Shown: piece by piece, positions 19,521 through 31,210 of the stretch | Layout of the letters: each line of letters begins with the position of its first letter | How positions within the stretch are numbered: position 1 is the stretch's first letter | Origin: Alphaproteobacteria bacterium | GTDB lineage: Bacteria; Pseudomonadota; Alphaproteobacteria; JAAXGF01 | DNA: 64,000 bases | NCBI GenBank assembly: GCA_963555825.3 | Contig: CAUVXB020000002.1 | Coordinates: 3,488,001 to 3,552,000 of the forward strand | Reading direction: 5' to 3' | Made by a program: the position numbers and the translations under genes | Notes under the pieces: generated by a model | Databases searched by the model: none | What the model saw: only the letters and a program-made list of their open reading frames with translations | Told to the model about the DNA's origin: nothing

Positions 19521-19777
19521 TGGCTCACAAGAAATCAGGCGGCAGCTCGCGCAACGGGCGCGACACCGCGGGGCGCCGGCTGGGCGTCAAGAAGTACGGC
19601 GGCGAGGCGGTCATCGCCGGCAACATCATCATCCGCCAACGCGGCACCAAGTATCATCCGGGCACTGGCGTCGGCATCGGCCGCGACCACACGATCTTCG
19701 CGCTGATCGACGGCCATGTCGCGTTCCGCCGGCGCGCCGGCGACCGTCCGGTCGTCTCGGTGGTCCCGCCGAGCTAA
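19520..19777 (+). CDS. rpmA: 50S ribosomal protein L27
   Basis: [15 protein letters not shown]...IIIRQRGT. Confidence 0.98.
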   Translation: MAHKKSGGSSRNGRDTAGRRLGVKKYGGEAVIAGNIIIRQRGTKYHPGTGVGIGRDHTIFALIDGHVAFRRRAGDRPVVSVVPPS

Positions 19778-20046
19778 GCCCGGAGTTCTCACTATGGACA
19801 GGCGCGTCATCGCGTCGGGCGGTCGCCGATCCGCCAGGAGAAGGCCGCCGCGCGTGGCCTGGGCCACGGTCAAGGCCTTCGACGCCGCGGGCGGCCCGCC
19901 CGGCGCGACCCGCAGGGCGGCGGATCTCGGACGACAGGCCGCGTCAAAGCGCTTGCCCGATGCGACAGCATCGCGCCGCGCGCTTTTCCTAGCCTGTCGT
20001 GCGATATCCGCCGTGCCGCACCTGTCCATAGTGAGAATTCCGGGCT
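19777..20046. mobile_element. ~270-bp MITE-like structured repeat, family A copy 1
   Basis: ~26-bp TIR AGCCCGGA(G/A)TTCTCACTATGGACAGG; further copies at 54589 and 57035. Confidence 0.88.
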
Positions 20047-20125
20047 AGACACCCGATAGTCATGTGATTGTCGGGGGAATGGTTGTTCATTCCCCCTTTT
20101 TCTTTTTCGCCATGACGAGGCGTCG

Positions 20126-21156
<1,031 letters not shown>

Positions 21157-21160
<4 letters not shown>

Positions 21161-22275
21161 GCGAGCGCCTGTCCGGCGCGCGGCGCGTCGTCGTCAAGAT
21201 CGGTTCGGCGCTGCTGGTCGAGCCCGCGACTGGCGCGCTGCGCCGCGACTGGCTCGACGCGCTGGCCGACGACATCGCGGCGATGCGCAAGCGCGGCCAG
21301 GAGGTCGTAATCGTCTCGTCGGGCGCCATCGCGCTCGGCCGCCGCCGCCTCGGCCTGACCAGCCAGCGCAGCCTGCGCCTCGAGGAGAGCCAGGCCGCCG
21401 CGGCCTGCGGCCAGATCCACCTGGCGCACGCCTACGAGGCGACCCTGGCACGCCATGACGCCGCCGCCGCCCTGGTGCTGGTGACGCTCGGCGACACCGA
21501 GGAGCGGCGCCGTTACCTCAACTTCCGCTCGACCATCGACCAGCTGCTGCGTGTCGCCGCGGTGCCCGTGATCAACGAAAACGACACCGTGGCGACGGCG
21601 CAGATCCGCTACGGCGACAACGACCGCCTGGCGGCCAAGATCGCCCAGATGGTCAGCGCCGACGCGTTGGTGCTGTTGTCCGACGTCGACGGGCTCTATA
21701 CCGCCGATCCACGCCTCGACGCGGCCGCCGCGTGGGTCCCAGAGATCGCCGAACTGACGCCCGCGATCGAGGCCATGGCGGGCCGCCCCAACCCCGACGT
21801 CGGTTCGGGCGGCATGGTCACCAAGCTGGCCGCCGCGCGCATCGCCATGGCGGCCGGCTGCCACATGGTCGTCGCCGACGGCAAGCCCTTGAACCCGCTG
21901 GCCGCCATCGAGGCCGGCGCGCGCTGCAGCTGGTTCATCGCCCACGCCAACCCGCGCGCGCTGCGAAAGCAGTGGATCGCGGCCAGCCTGAAGCCGGCCG
22001 GCAACCTGGTCATCGACGCCGGCGCGGTGGCCGCGCTGGGCCGAGGCAAGAGCCTGCTGCCGGCCGGCGTCGTCGCGGTCGAGGGCGAGTTCGGCCGAGG
22101 CGACGCGCTCAGCGTCGTCGGCCCCGACGGCGCCGAGCTGGCGCGCGGCCTGAGCGCCTATTCGGCGGCCGACGCGCGCCGCATCGCGGGCCACAAAAGC
22201 AGTGAATTCACCGCCCTGCTGGGCTACCGTGGGCGCGAGGAAGCGATCCACCGCGACGATTTGGCGCTTCTTTAG
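21157..22275 (+). CDS. proB: Glutamate 5-kinase
   Basis: [26 protein letters not shown] and C-terminal PUA domain; ATGA overlap with obgE. Confidence 0.96.
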
Positions 22276-22288
22276 AGGAACCGGGATC

Positions 22289-23572
22289 ATGACAGCGCTG
22301 CAATCGGTCGAGAGCGACGACCTGCGTGCCGAGATGGCCGCCATCGGCGCCGCCGCGCGCGACGCCGCGGCAGTGCTGGCGACCACGCCGCGCGATGCCA
22401 AGGACGCCGCGCTCGGCGCCGCCTCGGCCGAGATTCGCGCATCCGCCGACAACCTGCTCGCGGCCAACGCCAAGGACATGGCCGCGGCGCGCGACAAAGG
22501 GCTGAGCGGCGCCTTGCTCGACCGCCTCGCCCTCACACCCGAACGCATCGAAGCGATGGCCACCGGCCTCGAAGACATCGCCCAACTCGACGACCCGGTC
22601 GGCGTCGTCATCGACAGCTGGACGCGGCCCAACGGGCTGGCCATCGAGCGCGTGCGCACGCCCTTGGGCGTCATCGGCGTGATCTACGAATCGCGACCCA
22701 ACGTCACCGCCGACGCTGGCGCGCTGTGCCTGAAAGCGGGCAACGCGGTGATCCTGCGCGGCGGCTCGGAGAGCTTCCATTCGTCGGGCGCGATTGGCCA
22801 ATGCCTCGCGAACGGCCTCGCCGCCGCCGGATTGCCTCTCGGCGCCATCCAGGTGGTGCCGACACGCGACCGCGCCGCGGTCGGCGAGATGCTGCGCATG
22901 GCCGACGTCATCGACGTCATCGTGCCGCGCGGCGGCCGCGGCCTGATCGAGCGGGTGCGCGCCGAAAGCCGCATCCCGGTGTTCAGCCATCTCGATGGGC
23001 TGTGTCACACGTATGTCCACGAGGCCGCCGACGCGCAGATGGCGCGAAATATCGTCGTCAACGCCAAGATGCGGCGCACCGGCATCTGCGGCGCGACCGA
23101 GACGCTGCTGATCGACCGGGCGGTCGCCGTCGAGCAATTGCCGGGAATTCTGGACGCGCTGATCGAGGCCGGCTGCGAGGTGCGCGGCGACGCCGAGACC
23201 CAAGCGATCGATGCCCGCGTCGCGCCGGCGAGCGCGGCGGATTGGGATACCGAGTATCTCGACGCCATCCTGTCGATCAAGGTGACCGACGATATCGACG
23301 ACGCGATCGACCACATCGCGCGCCACGGCTCGCACCACACCGAGGCGATCGTGACCGAGGATGCGGCCGCCGCCGAGCGCTTTATCGCGCGGCTCGACAG
23401 CGGCATCATCCTGCACAACGCCTCGACCCAATACGCCGACGGCGGCGAGTTCGGCATGGGCGCCGAGATCGGCATCTCGACGGGCAAGCTGCACGCCCGC
23501 GGACCCGTAGGCGTCGAGCAGCTGACGAGCTACAAATACATCGTCCGCGGCGCCGGCCAAGTCCGCCCCTGA
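22289..23572 (+). CDS. proA: Glutamate-5-semialdehyde dehydrogenase
   Basis: [16 protein letters not shown] and [18 protein letters not shown]. Confidence 0.97.
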   Translation: MTALQSVESDDLRAEMAAIGAAARDAAAVLATTPRDAKDAALGAASAEIRASADNLLAANAKDMAAARDKGLSGALLDRLALTPERIEAMATGLEDIAQLDDPVGVVIDSWTRPNGLAIERVRTPLGVIGVIYESRPNVTADAGALCLKAGNAVILRGGSESFHSSGAIGQCLANGLAAAGLPLGAIQVVPTRDRAAVGEMLRMADVIDVIVPRGGRGLIERVRAESRIPVFSHLDGLCHTYVHEAADAQMARNIVVNAKMRRTGICGATETLLIDRAVAVEQLPGILDALIEAGCEVRGDAETQAIDARVAPASAADWDTEYLDAILSIKVTDDIDDAIDHIARHGSHHTEAIVTEDAAAAERFIARLDSGIILHNASTQYADGGEFGMGAEIGISTGKLHARGPVGVEQLTSYKYIVRGAGQVRP

Positions 23573-26012
23573 GTGGACGTCAACCCTTTCGTGCTCTCGC
23601 GTGCCATTTGACAATCGGACTCCGGCGCGATTCCATGTCCCCGAAGTTTCCGTCGCAACAAACGTGACTCCCAGTGGCTACCCTGCTTGAAGCCTATCTC
23701 GGCAAGATTAAGCAGATTCGCTCGCTCGGCGCGGCGACCGAAGAGCTGACCTACTACGAGGCGCTCCAAGAGACGCTCAATACCCTCGGCAGCAAATGCA
23801 AACCAAAAGTGTTCTGCATCGGCCAGCTCAAGGACATGGGAGCGGGACACCCCGATTTCGGCCTCTACACGGCCAATCAGCTCCGCAAGGCGACGTTACG
23901 CGACCCGGTACCGGATCAACTGCCCGAGCGGGGCGTCATCGAAGTCAAGGGTGTGAATGAATCGGTCGGGCTCGTCGGCGAGACCGCGCAAATCGGCAAG
24001 TACTGGGAACGTTACGGCCTGGTGCTGATCACCAACTATCGCTCGTTCCGCCTGATCGGCCGCGACGCGCGGGGTCAGCGCGTCGAACTGGAATACTTCC
24101 GCCTAGCAGAGTCGCCGGATGCGTTCTGGGAGATGGTGGCGACCCCGCGCAAGACCGCCGCGAGCGTCGCGCTGCAATTCGAGGAATTCCTCAAACGTAT
24201 CTTGTTGCACAATGCGCGCTTGAGCCAGCCGCGGGACGTCGCGTGGTTTCTCGCGTCCTACGCCCGCGACGCGCTGGCGCGTCTCGACGACGCCGGCGAC
24301 ATGGAGGCCCTCGATCTCTTGCGCTCATCCTTGGAAGAAGCGCTCGGCATGACCTTCGAGGCCGACAAGGGCCGCCACTTCTTCCTCTCGACCCTCGTGC
24401 AGACTCTGTTCTATGGCCTGTTCTCGGCCTGGGTGCTGTGGTGCAAGCAGCACGCCGGCGATCCCGAGAAGCGCAAGGGCTTCGACTATCGCAGCGCCCA
24501 CTGGCACATGCGCCTGCCGGTCCTGCGCGCACTCTTCGAACAGGTCAACTCGCCCGCCAAGCTCGGCCCCCTGAAGCTCGACCAGATCATGGAGTGGGCG
24601 GTGATCACACTCCACCGCGTCGATGAAGCCGCCTTCTTCTCGCATTTTCGCGAGGAAGAGGCCGTCTTGTACTTTTACGAACCCTTCCTGGAAGCCTTCG
24701 ATCCGACGCTGCGCAAGCAGCTCGGCGTCTGGTACACGCCGCCCGAGGTCGTCGAGTACATGGTCGAGCGCGTCGACACGGTGTTGCGCACCGAACTCGA
24801 CATCGCCGACGGCCTCGCCGACCCGAGCGTCTACGTGCTCGATCCCTGCTGCGGCACCGGCTCGTACCTGGTCGCCGTGCTCAAGCGCATCGAGCGGACG
24901 CTGCGCGCCAAGGGCGAGGATGCGCTGATCGGCGCCGACATCAAGGCCGCGGCGCTCGACCGGGTCTTCGGCTTCGAGTTGCTGCCTGCGCCCCTCGTCG
25001 TCGCGCATCTGCAACTCAACCTGCTGCTCGAAGGGCTGGGCGTCGAGCTCGGTAAGCGCTTCGCACGCGGCACCGAAGAGGTCGAACGCGCCGCCGTGTA
25101 CCTGACCAACGCGCTGACCGGCTGGCAGTCTCCCGAAGAGCGCGACCATCATCTGCCGCTCCCCGAACTCGAGAACGAGATGGACCGGGCGGGAGAGGTC
25201 AAGGAGCAGAAGCCGGTCCCCGTGGTGCTCGGCAACCCGCCGTATTACGGATACGCGGGCATGGCCGTCGCCGAGGAACGCGATCTGAGCACCGCCTATC
25301 GCACCGTCAAGCGTGTCCGGCCCCCCGAGGGACAAGGCCTCAACGACCTCTACGTCCGCTTCTTCCGCATGGCCGAGCGGCGCATCGTCGAACGCACCGG
25401 CCGCGGAGTCGTCTGCTTCATCTCGAACTATTCATGGCTCGACGGACTGTCGTTCACGGGTATGCGCGAGCGCTACCTCGAAGCCTTCGACCGAATCTGG
25501 ATCGACTGTCTCAACGGCGACAAGTACAAGACCGGCAAGCTGACGCCCGACGGCGCATCCGACCCCAGCATCTTCTCGACTGAACGCAACCCCGCAGGTA
25601 TCCAAGTCGGCACCGCGATCGCATTGATGGTCCGAAAGGAAGACCACGCGCCGAGCGACAGCGTCCACTTCCGCCACCTGTGGGGCAAGGAAAAGCGTGC
25701 CGAACTGCGCGCCACCGCAGAGCAGAAAGACCACACGCTCTACGAGACAGTGACGCCGCCGATCGAGTTGGGCCTCCCGGTCATGCCGACACGCGTCGCG
25801 CCCGACTACCTCGACTGGCCCCTCCTGCCCCAGTTGTTCCCGGTCTCGTTTCCCGGCGTCAAGACCAGCCGCGACCAGGCCCTCGTCGACATTGACCGCG
25901 CCCGGCTCGAACAACGCATGTCGCTCTACTTCGATCCCAACATGACCGACGAGCAGGTTGCTAAGTTTGAGTCGGACCCGATTTCCTTGGACACAGAATT
26001 GGCTTAATCGAA

Positions 26013-26444
26013 GTGTCCAAGGAGGACCGGAACATGACCGACAATTTTGAGAACAAAGTTGCTGTTGATGGGCCTGTGGTAAACGAGGGCGAGCTTGGCT
26101 CGTCCACGTTTTCCCCGGGCCAGGTTTCGCCGGCAGGCCCGCTGGGACTTGGCCAGCGGTGGACGGTGACGCGCAAGCGTGAGGTTGCCCTGCGGCTTTT
26201 GCGTGGCGAGCCGGTGGAACTTTTGTCGCGGCAGTTGGGCGTGGAGATTTTCCGGCTCGAGCAGTGGCGTGAGAAGGCGATCGCCGGGATCGATGCCTCG
26301 CTCAAGGAACGCAAGGGCGATCCGGTGAAGGCGGAACTGGACATCGCCATGAAGCGGATCGGGGAGTTGATCATGCAGGTGGAACTGCTGGAGGCCAAGA
26401 CGGAGACGTCCGGCCCTTTGGGGCGGCGGAGGTCGCGGCGATGA
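26013..26444 (+). CDS. IS OrfA (HTH protein)
   Basis: RWTVTRKREVALRLLRGE..LSRQLGV HTH plus coiled coil; ATGA overlap with OrfB. Confidence 0.85.
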   Translation: MSKEDRNMTDNFENKVAVDGPVVNEGELGSSTFSPGQVSPAGPLGLGQRWTVTRKREVALRLLRGEPVELLSRQLGVEIFRLEQWREKAIAGIDASLKERKGDPVKAELDIAMKRIGELIMQVELLEAKTETSGPLGRRRSRR

Positions 26445-27352
26445 GTGCCGCCACCTCTCCCGGCACGGGTTTGGCCTACGGCCTCCAGCGGGTCTGTGCG
26501 GCCTGGGGTTTTGCCCGTTCCTCGTTCTACGCCATGAAATCCCGGCAGCAGGCCACCGCTGAGCGCCCACCAGCAAAGCGCCGGGGACCGAAGCCCTCGA
26601 TCTCGGACGAGGCTCTGCTGGTGGCCATCGAGGCCGACCTGGAGGCATCCCCCTGGGAGGGCGAGGGACACCGCAAGGTCTGGGCTCGGCTTCGGGTCTG
26701 TCGTGGCATCCGTGTTTCCCGCAAGCGGGGGCTCCGGGTGATGCGCGAGAACAACCTGCTCTCGCCCCATCGCTGCCGCCGCCGTGGCGGAAATCCCCAT
26801 GTCGGTGAGATCATCACCCATGCCCCCAACCTCATGTGGGGCACGGACGGCGTTCGGGTGTTCACGGTGGACGACGGCTGGGGCTGGATATTCACCGCCA
26901 TCGAGCATTGGAACGCCGAGTGCGTCGGCTGGCATGTGTGCAAGCGAGGCGACCGCTTCGCCGCCCTTCAGCCGATCTCCATGGGGCTTGCGAGGCTGTA
27001 TGCCTCGACCTCCGCCGGTGCGGCGCGGGGGCTGGCCTTGCGGATGGATCACGGCTCCCAGTATCTGTCGGACCACTTCACCAACCAGATCAAGTTCTGG
27101 GGCATCCAGCCGTCCTACGCCTTCGTCGAACAGCCCCAGACCAACGGCGTCGCCGAGAGGTTCAATCGCACGCTCAAGGAACAGATCATCCATGGCCGCA
27201 TCTACCGCAACATCGCGGAGCTGCGGAACGCCGTCCGCGGGTTCGTCGAACAGTACAATGCCCAGTGGATCGTGGAGAAGAACGGCTACCTGAGCCCCGC
27301 TCAAGCTCGTCAGGCGTGGCACACCGCGATGTCACTCAGGCCCGCCGCATGA
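26441..27352 (+). CDS. IS OrfB DDE (rve) transposase
   Basis: WGTD, DHGSQY and PQTNGVAERFNRTLKE. Confidence 0.9.
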   Translation: MSAATSPGTGLAYGLQRVCAAWGFARSSFYAMKSRQQATAERPPAKRRGPKPSISDEALLVAIEADLEASPWEGEGHRKVWARLRVCRGIRVSRKRGLRVMRENNLLSPHRCRRRGGNPHVGEIITHAPNLMWGTDGVRVFTVDDGWGWIFTAIEHWNAECVGWHVCKRGDRFAALQPISMGLARLYASTSAGAARGLALRMDHGSQYLSDHFTNQIKFWGIQPSYAFVEQPQTNGVAERFNRTLKEQIIHGRIYRNIAELRNAVRGFVEQYNAQWIVEKNGYLSPAQARQAWHTAMSLRPAA

Positions 27353-28514
27353 GACAAACTTGTGTCCAAGGAACCGGGTGCGATACACAGGTTGCTAAGT
27401 TCGACCCGGCGCTGATGACCGATACGGCGCGATTTGATGCAAAAAAGACTCGAGAATTTCTAATTCGTCGCGGCTTTCGCCCTGACGGCATTGTCCGATA
27501 TTGCTATCGGCCCTTCGATCAAAGATGGCTTTACTGGGAACCGGAGACAAGATTGCTGGACAGGAACCGGGCGAATTACATCCCTCACGTCGACCAAAAG
27601 CACCCTTGGATCGAGGCTCGGGGAAGGCAGATAAAGGGAAACTTCGACAGAGGTTATCTGGTTCGTGTGCTAGCAGATAATTTCGGAAATGGGTTATCGA
27701 GCTATTTTCCTCTTTACCTGAAGCGAAATGCGGGAAGCGGACTTTTACTGCAGAGCGACGAGCTCGAACCGAACCTCTCACCAAATGCCACGGACTATTT
27801 GGAAACGGCCGACGCGAATGAACAAGACCTCTTCTATCATGCGCTCGCCACGCTAAACACTCCAGCCTATCGAACTGACAATGCGGGTGCATTACGTCAG
27901 GATTGGCCCAGGGTGACGTTACCGGCGTCGACGGATGCGCTTCTGCAATCGGCCGAGTTGGGGCGCGAGCTGGCGGATTTACTCGACCCGGGCGCGGCCG
28001 CGGACGGCGTGTCCTCGGGAGCGATCCGCGCGGAGATCAAGGCGATCGGCGCGGCGGCCCGCGTCGGCGGCGGCCAGCTTTCCGAGAAGGACCTGAAGCT
28101 CGCCGCGCGCTGGGGATACGCGGGCCAGAACGACGTCACCATGCCGGGGCCTGGCGATGCACGCGAGCGCGACTACGATGACGAGGAGCGCAAGGCGATC
28201 GCCCGAGGCGCCACAGCGCTCGGCATGGCGCCGGACGAGGCGTTGGCGCTGCTCGGCGAGACGACCTACGACGTTCATCTCAACGACACGGCGTATTGGG
28301 GCAACGTGCCGGCGCGCGTGTGGCGCTACACCCTCGGCGGTTATCAAGTCATCAAGAAGTGGCTGTCCTACCGCGAGTTCGACCTGTTGGGCCGGCCGCT
28401 GCGCACCGAGGAAGTGCGCGAAGTGACCGGCATCGCCCGCCGCATCGCCGCGATCCTGCTCATGGCGCCGGCGCTCGACGCCAGCTATCGCGCGGTTTGC
28501 CAGGATACCTACGC

Positions 28515-29153
28515 GTGGCCGCGCGACAATTAAAGCCGCCCGTCGCGCCCAGGCGCCGCCGCCGCGTCGGTCTGCTCGGCGGGTCGTTCAATCCGGCGCA
28601 TGACGGGCACCGCTACGTCTCTCTCTTGGCGCTCAAGCGCCTCGCGCTCGACGAGGTGTGGTGGCTGGTGTCGCCGCAAAACCCGCTCAAACCGAGCGCC
28701 GGCATGGCCGAGCTGGCGAGCCGGCTCGACGGCGCGCGCGCCGTCGCCCGGCACCGGCGCATCCGCGTCACCGACATCGAGCGCCGGCTCGGCACCCGCT
28801 ATACCGCCGATACGCTCGCCGCGTTGGGCCACCGCTTTCCGCGCCACGCCTTCGTCTGGCTGATGGGCGCCGACAACCTGGCGCAGATCGAACAGTGGAA
28901 AGACTGGCCGAAAATCTTTACCAGCGCACCCATTGCCGTCATCGACCGGTCGACCTATTCTTATAGTGCGTTGGCGGGAAAGGCGGCGCGCCGCTTCCGG
29001 CGGGCCCGCCTCGATGCACGACGGGCGACATCGCTCGCCGTCACCGAGCCGCCGGCGTGGGTATTTATTCGCGGCAAGCCGCACCCCGCCTCGGCGACGG
29101 GCATACGCGATGCGCGCGCAGGGCAAAGGAACGGCGCCGACGGCGCAAACTGA
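28515..29153 (+). CDS. nadD: Nicotinate-nucleotide adenylyltransferase
   Basis: GLLGGSFNPAHDGH, VSPQNPLK and WLMGADNL. Start uncertain (in-frame GTG 28515). Confidence 0.92.
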   Translation: MAARQLKPPVAPRRRRRVGLLGGSFNPAHDGHRYVSLLALKRLALDEVWWLVSPQNPLKPSAGMAELASRLDGARAVARHRRIRVTDIERRLGTRYTADTLAALGHRFPRHAFVWLMGADNLAQIEQWKDWPKIFTSAPIAVIDRSTYSYSALAGKAARRFRRARLDARRATSLAVTEPPAWVFIRGKPHPASATGIRDARAGQRNGADGAN

Positions 29154-29164
29154 GGGAGACGAGC

Positions 29165-29566
29165 ATAGCCAAGTCACGCAAAACAGCCGCCAAGAGCGAC
29201 GCGGCGATCCCATCGGCGACCCTGCTGGATCTGATCAATACGACGCTCGACGACGGCAAGGCCGAAGACATCATCGTCATGGACGTCGCCGACAAGACGA
29301 CCATTTCGGATTTCATGGTCATCGCCAGCGGCCGTTCCCAGCGCCAGGTCGCATCGCTCGCCGAAAACCTCATCGTCAACCTCAAGCACGCCGGCTTCGG
29401 CACGCCGGGCGTCGAAGGCCGCGCGCGCGCCGACTGGGTGCTGATCGATGCGGGCGACGTCATCGTGCACCTGTTCCGCCCCGAGATCCGCACCTTCTAC
29501 AACCTCGAGAAAATGTGGGCGGTGGCGCCGGACGAGGCCGAGCACAGCGCGGCCGCCAGCGTCTGA
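29165..29566 (+). CDS. rsfS: Ribosomal silencing factor RsfS
   Basis: DDGKAEDI, WVLIDAGDVIVHLF..RTFYNLEKMW. Start uncertain. Confidence 0.92.
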   Translation: MAKSRKTAAKSDAAIPSATLLDLINTTLDDGKAEDIIVMDVADKTTISDFMVIASGRSQRQVASLAENLIVNLKHAGFGTPGVEGRARADWVLIDAGDVIVHLFRPEIRTFYNLEKMWAVAPDEAEHSAAASV

Positions 29567-29641
29567 CGACGCCTTGCGCGCCCGACGACAGCCCTTCGGG
29601 GCGCTATCCGCCGCTCCCCGTTGCTGTTATATAACCGCCGC

Positions 29642-31210
29642 ATGAACGAACGCTTCCGCCCGGTCGTGCTGTGCATCCTCGACGGTTGGGGCCACAGCGA
29701 CACGCACGACGACAATGCCATCGCCCAGGCACGGACGCCGGTCTGGGATGGATTGGTGGCGCGTTGCCCACACGGCCTGCTCGACGCCTCGAACAGCGAT
29801 GTCGGTCTGCCCGACGGCCAGATGGGCAATTCCGAGGTCGGCCATATGAATATCGGCGCCGGCCGCGTCGTCACGCAGATCCTCGCGCGCATCGACCGCG
29901 CAGCCGCCGACGGCACGCTCGACAGCAACCCAGCGCTCGCCAATTTCGTCGCCAAGCTGCGCGCGACCGGCGGCACCTGCCATCTGATCGGCCTGATCTC
30001 GCCGGGCGGCGTGCACAGCCACCAGGACCAGATCGCCGTGCTCGCCCGCGCCGTCGCCACGGCCGGCGTGCCGGTCGCCGTGCACGCGCTGCTCGACGGC
30101 CGCGATACGCCGCCGCGCAGCGCGCGCGGCTACCTCGCCGATTTCGCCGCCGCGACCGCCGGCGTGCCCGGCGTGGCGATCGCGACGGTCGGCGGGCGCT
30201 ACCACGCGATGGACCGCGACAAGCGCTGGGAACGCGTCGCCCACGCGTACGACACACTGGTGCTGGGCGCGGGCGAGAAGGCGGCCGACGCGGATGCCGC
30301 GATCGCCGGGGCTTACGCGCGCGGCGAAAGCGACGAGTTCGTCGCGCCGACCGTGATCGGCGACTACGCCGGCATGGTCGACGGCGACGGCTTGGTGGTC
30401 GGCAACTTCCGTGCCGATCGCGTGCGCCAGATACTCGCCGCGCTGGTCGACCCGGCGTTCGACGGTTTCGCGCGGCCCCGGACGGTGCGTTTCGCCGCGG
30501 CCTGCGGCATGACCGGGTATTCCGCGGCGCTGAACGCATACCTCACCGCGCTGTTTCCGCAGCGCGAACTCAGCGGCATTCTGGGCCAGATCGTGGCCGA
30601 CGCCGGGCTGACCCAGCTGCGCATCGCCGAGACCGAAAAATACGCCCATGTCACGTACTTCCTGAACGGCGGGAAGGAGACGCCGTTCACCGGCGAGGAA
30701 CGCATCCTGGTTCCCTCGCCCAAGGTCGCGACCTACGATGAGCAGCCCGAGATGTCGGCCCACGAGGTAACCGATAAGCTGATCGCCGCGATCGAGAGCG
30801 GCCGTTTCGACCTCGTCGTCGTCAACTATGCCAACACCGACATGGTCGGGCACACCGGCAACATGGACGCCGCGATGCGCGCCGTCGAGACGGTCGACGC
30901 CTGTCTCGGGCGGCTGGCCGCGGCGGTCGAGGCGGCGGGCGGCGCGCTGGCCATCACCGCCGACCACGGCAACGCCGAGATGATGCGCGACGCGTCGACC
31001 GCGCAGGCGCACACCGCACATACCTCGAACCCGGTGCCCTTCGTTGTCGTCGGCCCGGCGGCCGGCGAAATCGCGACGCGCGACGGTCGGCTCGCCGACG
31101 TCGCGCCGACGCTGCTCGCGCTCATGGGTCTCGCGCAATCAAGCGAGATGACCGGAGTATCGCTGCTCGTGCCGGCGCCGAGCGCGGCGGCGGCGGGGCA
31201 AGGCGGCTGA
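29642..31210 (+). CDS. gpmI: 2,3-bisphosphoglycerate-independent phosphoglycerate mutase
   Basis: LDGWG, MGNSEVGH, AETEKYAHVT and DMVGHTG. Confidence 0.97.
   Translation: MNERFRPVVLCILDGWGHSDTHDDNAIAQARTPVWDGLVARCPHGLLDASNSDVGLPDGQMGNSEVGHMNIGAGRVVTQILARIDRAAADGTLDSNPALANFVAKLRATGGTCHLIGLISPGGVHSHQDQIAVLARAVATAGVPVAVHALLDGRDTPPRSARGYLADFAAATAGVPGVAIATVGGRYHAMDRDKRWERVAHAYDTLVLGAGEKAADADAAIAGAYARGESDEFVAPTVIGDYAGMVDGDGLVVGNFRADRVRQILAALVDPAFDGFARPRTVRFAAACGMTGYSAALNAYLTALFPQRELSGILGQIVADAGLTQLRIAETEKYAHVTYFLNGGKETPFTGEERILVPSPKVATYDEQPEMSAHEVTDKLIAAIESGRFDLVVVNYANTDMVGHTGNMDAAMRAVETVDACLGRLAAAVEAAGGALAITADHGNAEMMRDASTAQAHTAHTSNPVPFVVVGPAAGEIATRDGRLADVAPTLLALMGLAQSSEMTGVSLLVPAPSAAAAGQGG

Larger units (their letters stand above)
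25968..27387 (+). mobile_element. IS3/IS481-like insertion sequence with 14-bp direct repeat
   Basis: TG...CA ends with imperfect IRs (..TCCTTGGACACA); CAGGTTGCTAAGTT duplicated at 25954-25967 and 27388-27401. Confidence 0.9.
23674..28533 (+). pseudogene. Single-chain restriction-modification enzyme (N6-adenine MTase plus Type ISP-like C-terminal specificity domain), split by an IS
   Basis: IEVK nuclease-like motif, GVWYTP, DPCCGTG (motif I), GNPPY (motif IV), and C-terminal YRPFD and YTLGGYQVIKKWL. Removing the IS and one direct repeat restores a single ~1141-aa frame (DEQVAKFDPA). Confidence 0.85.
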
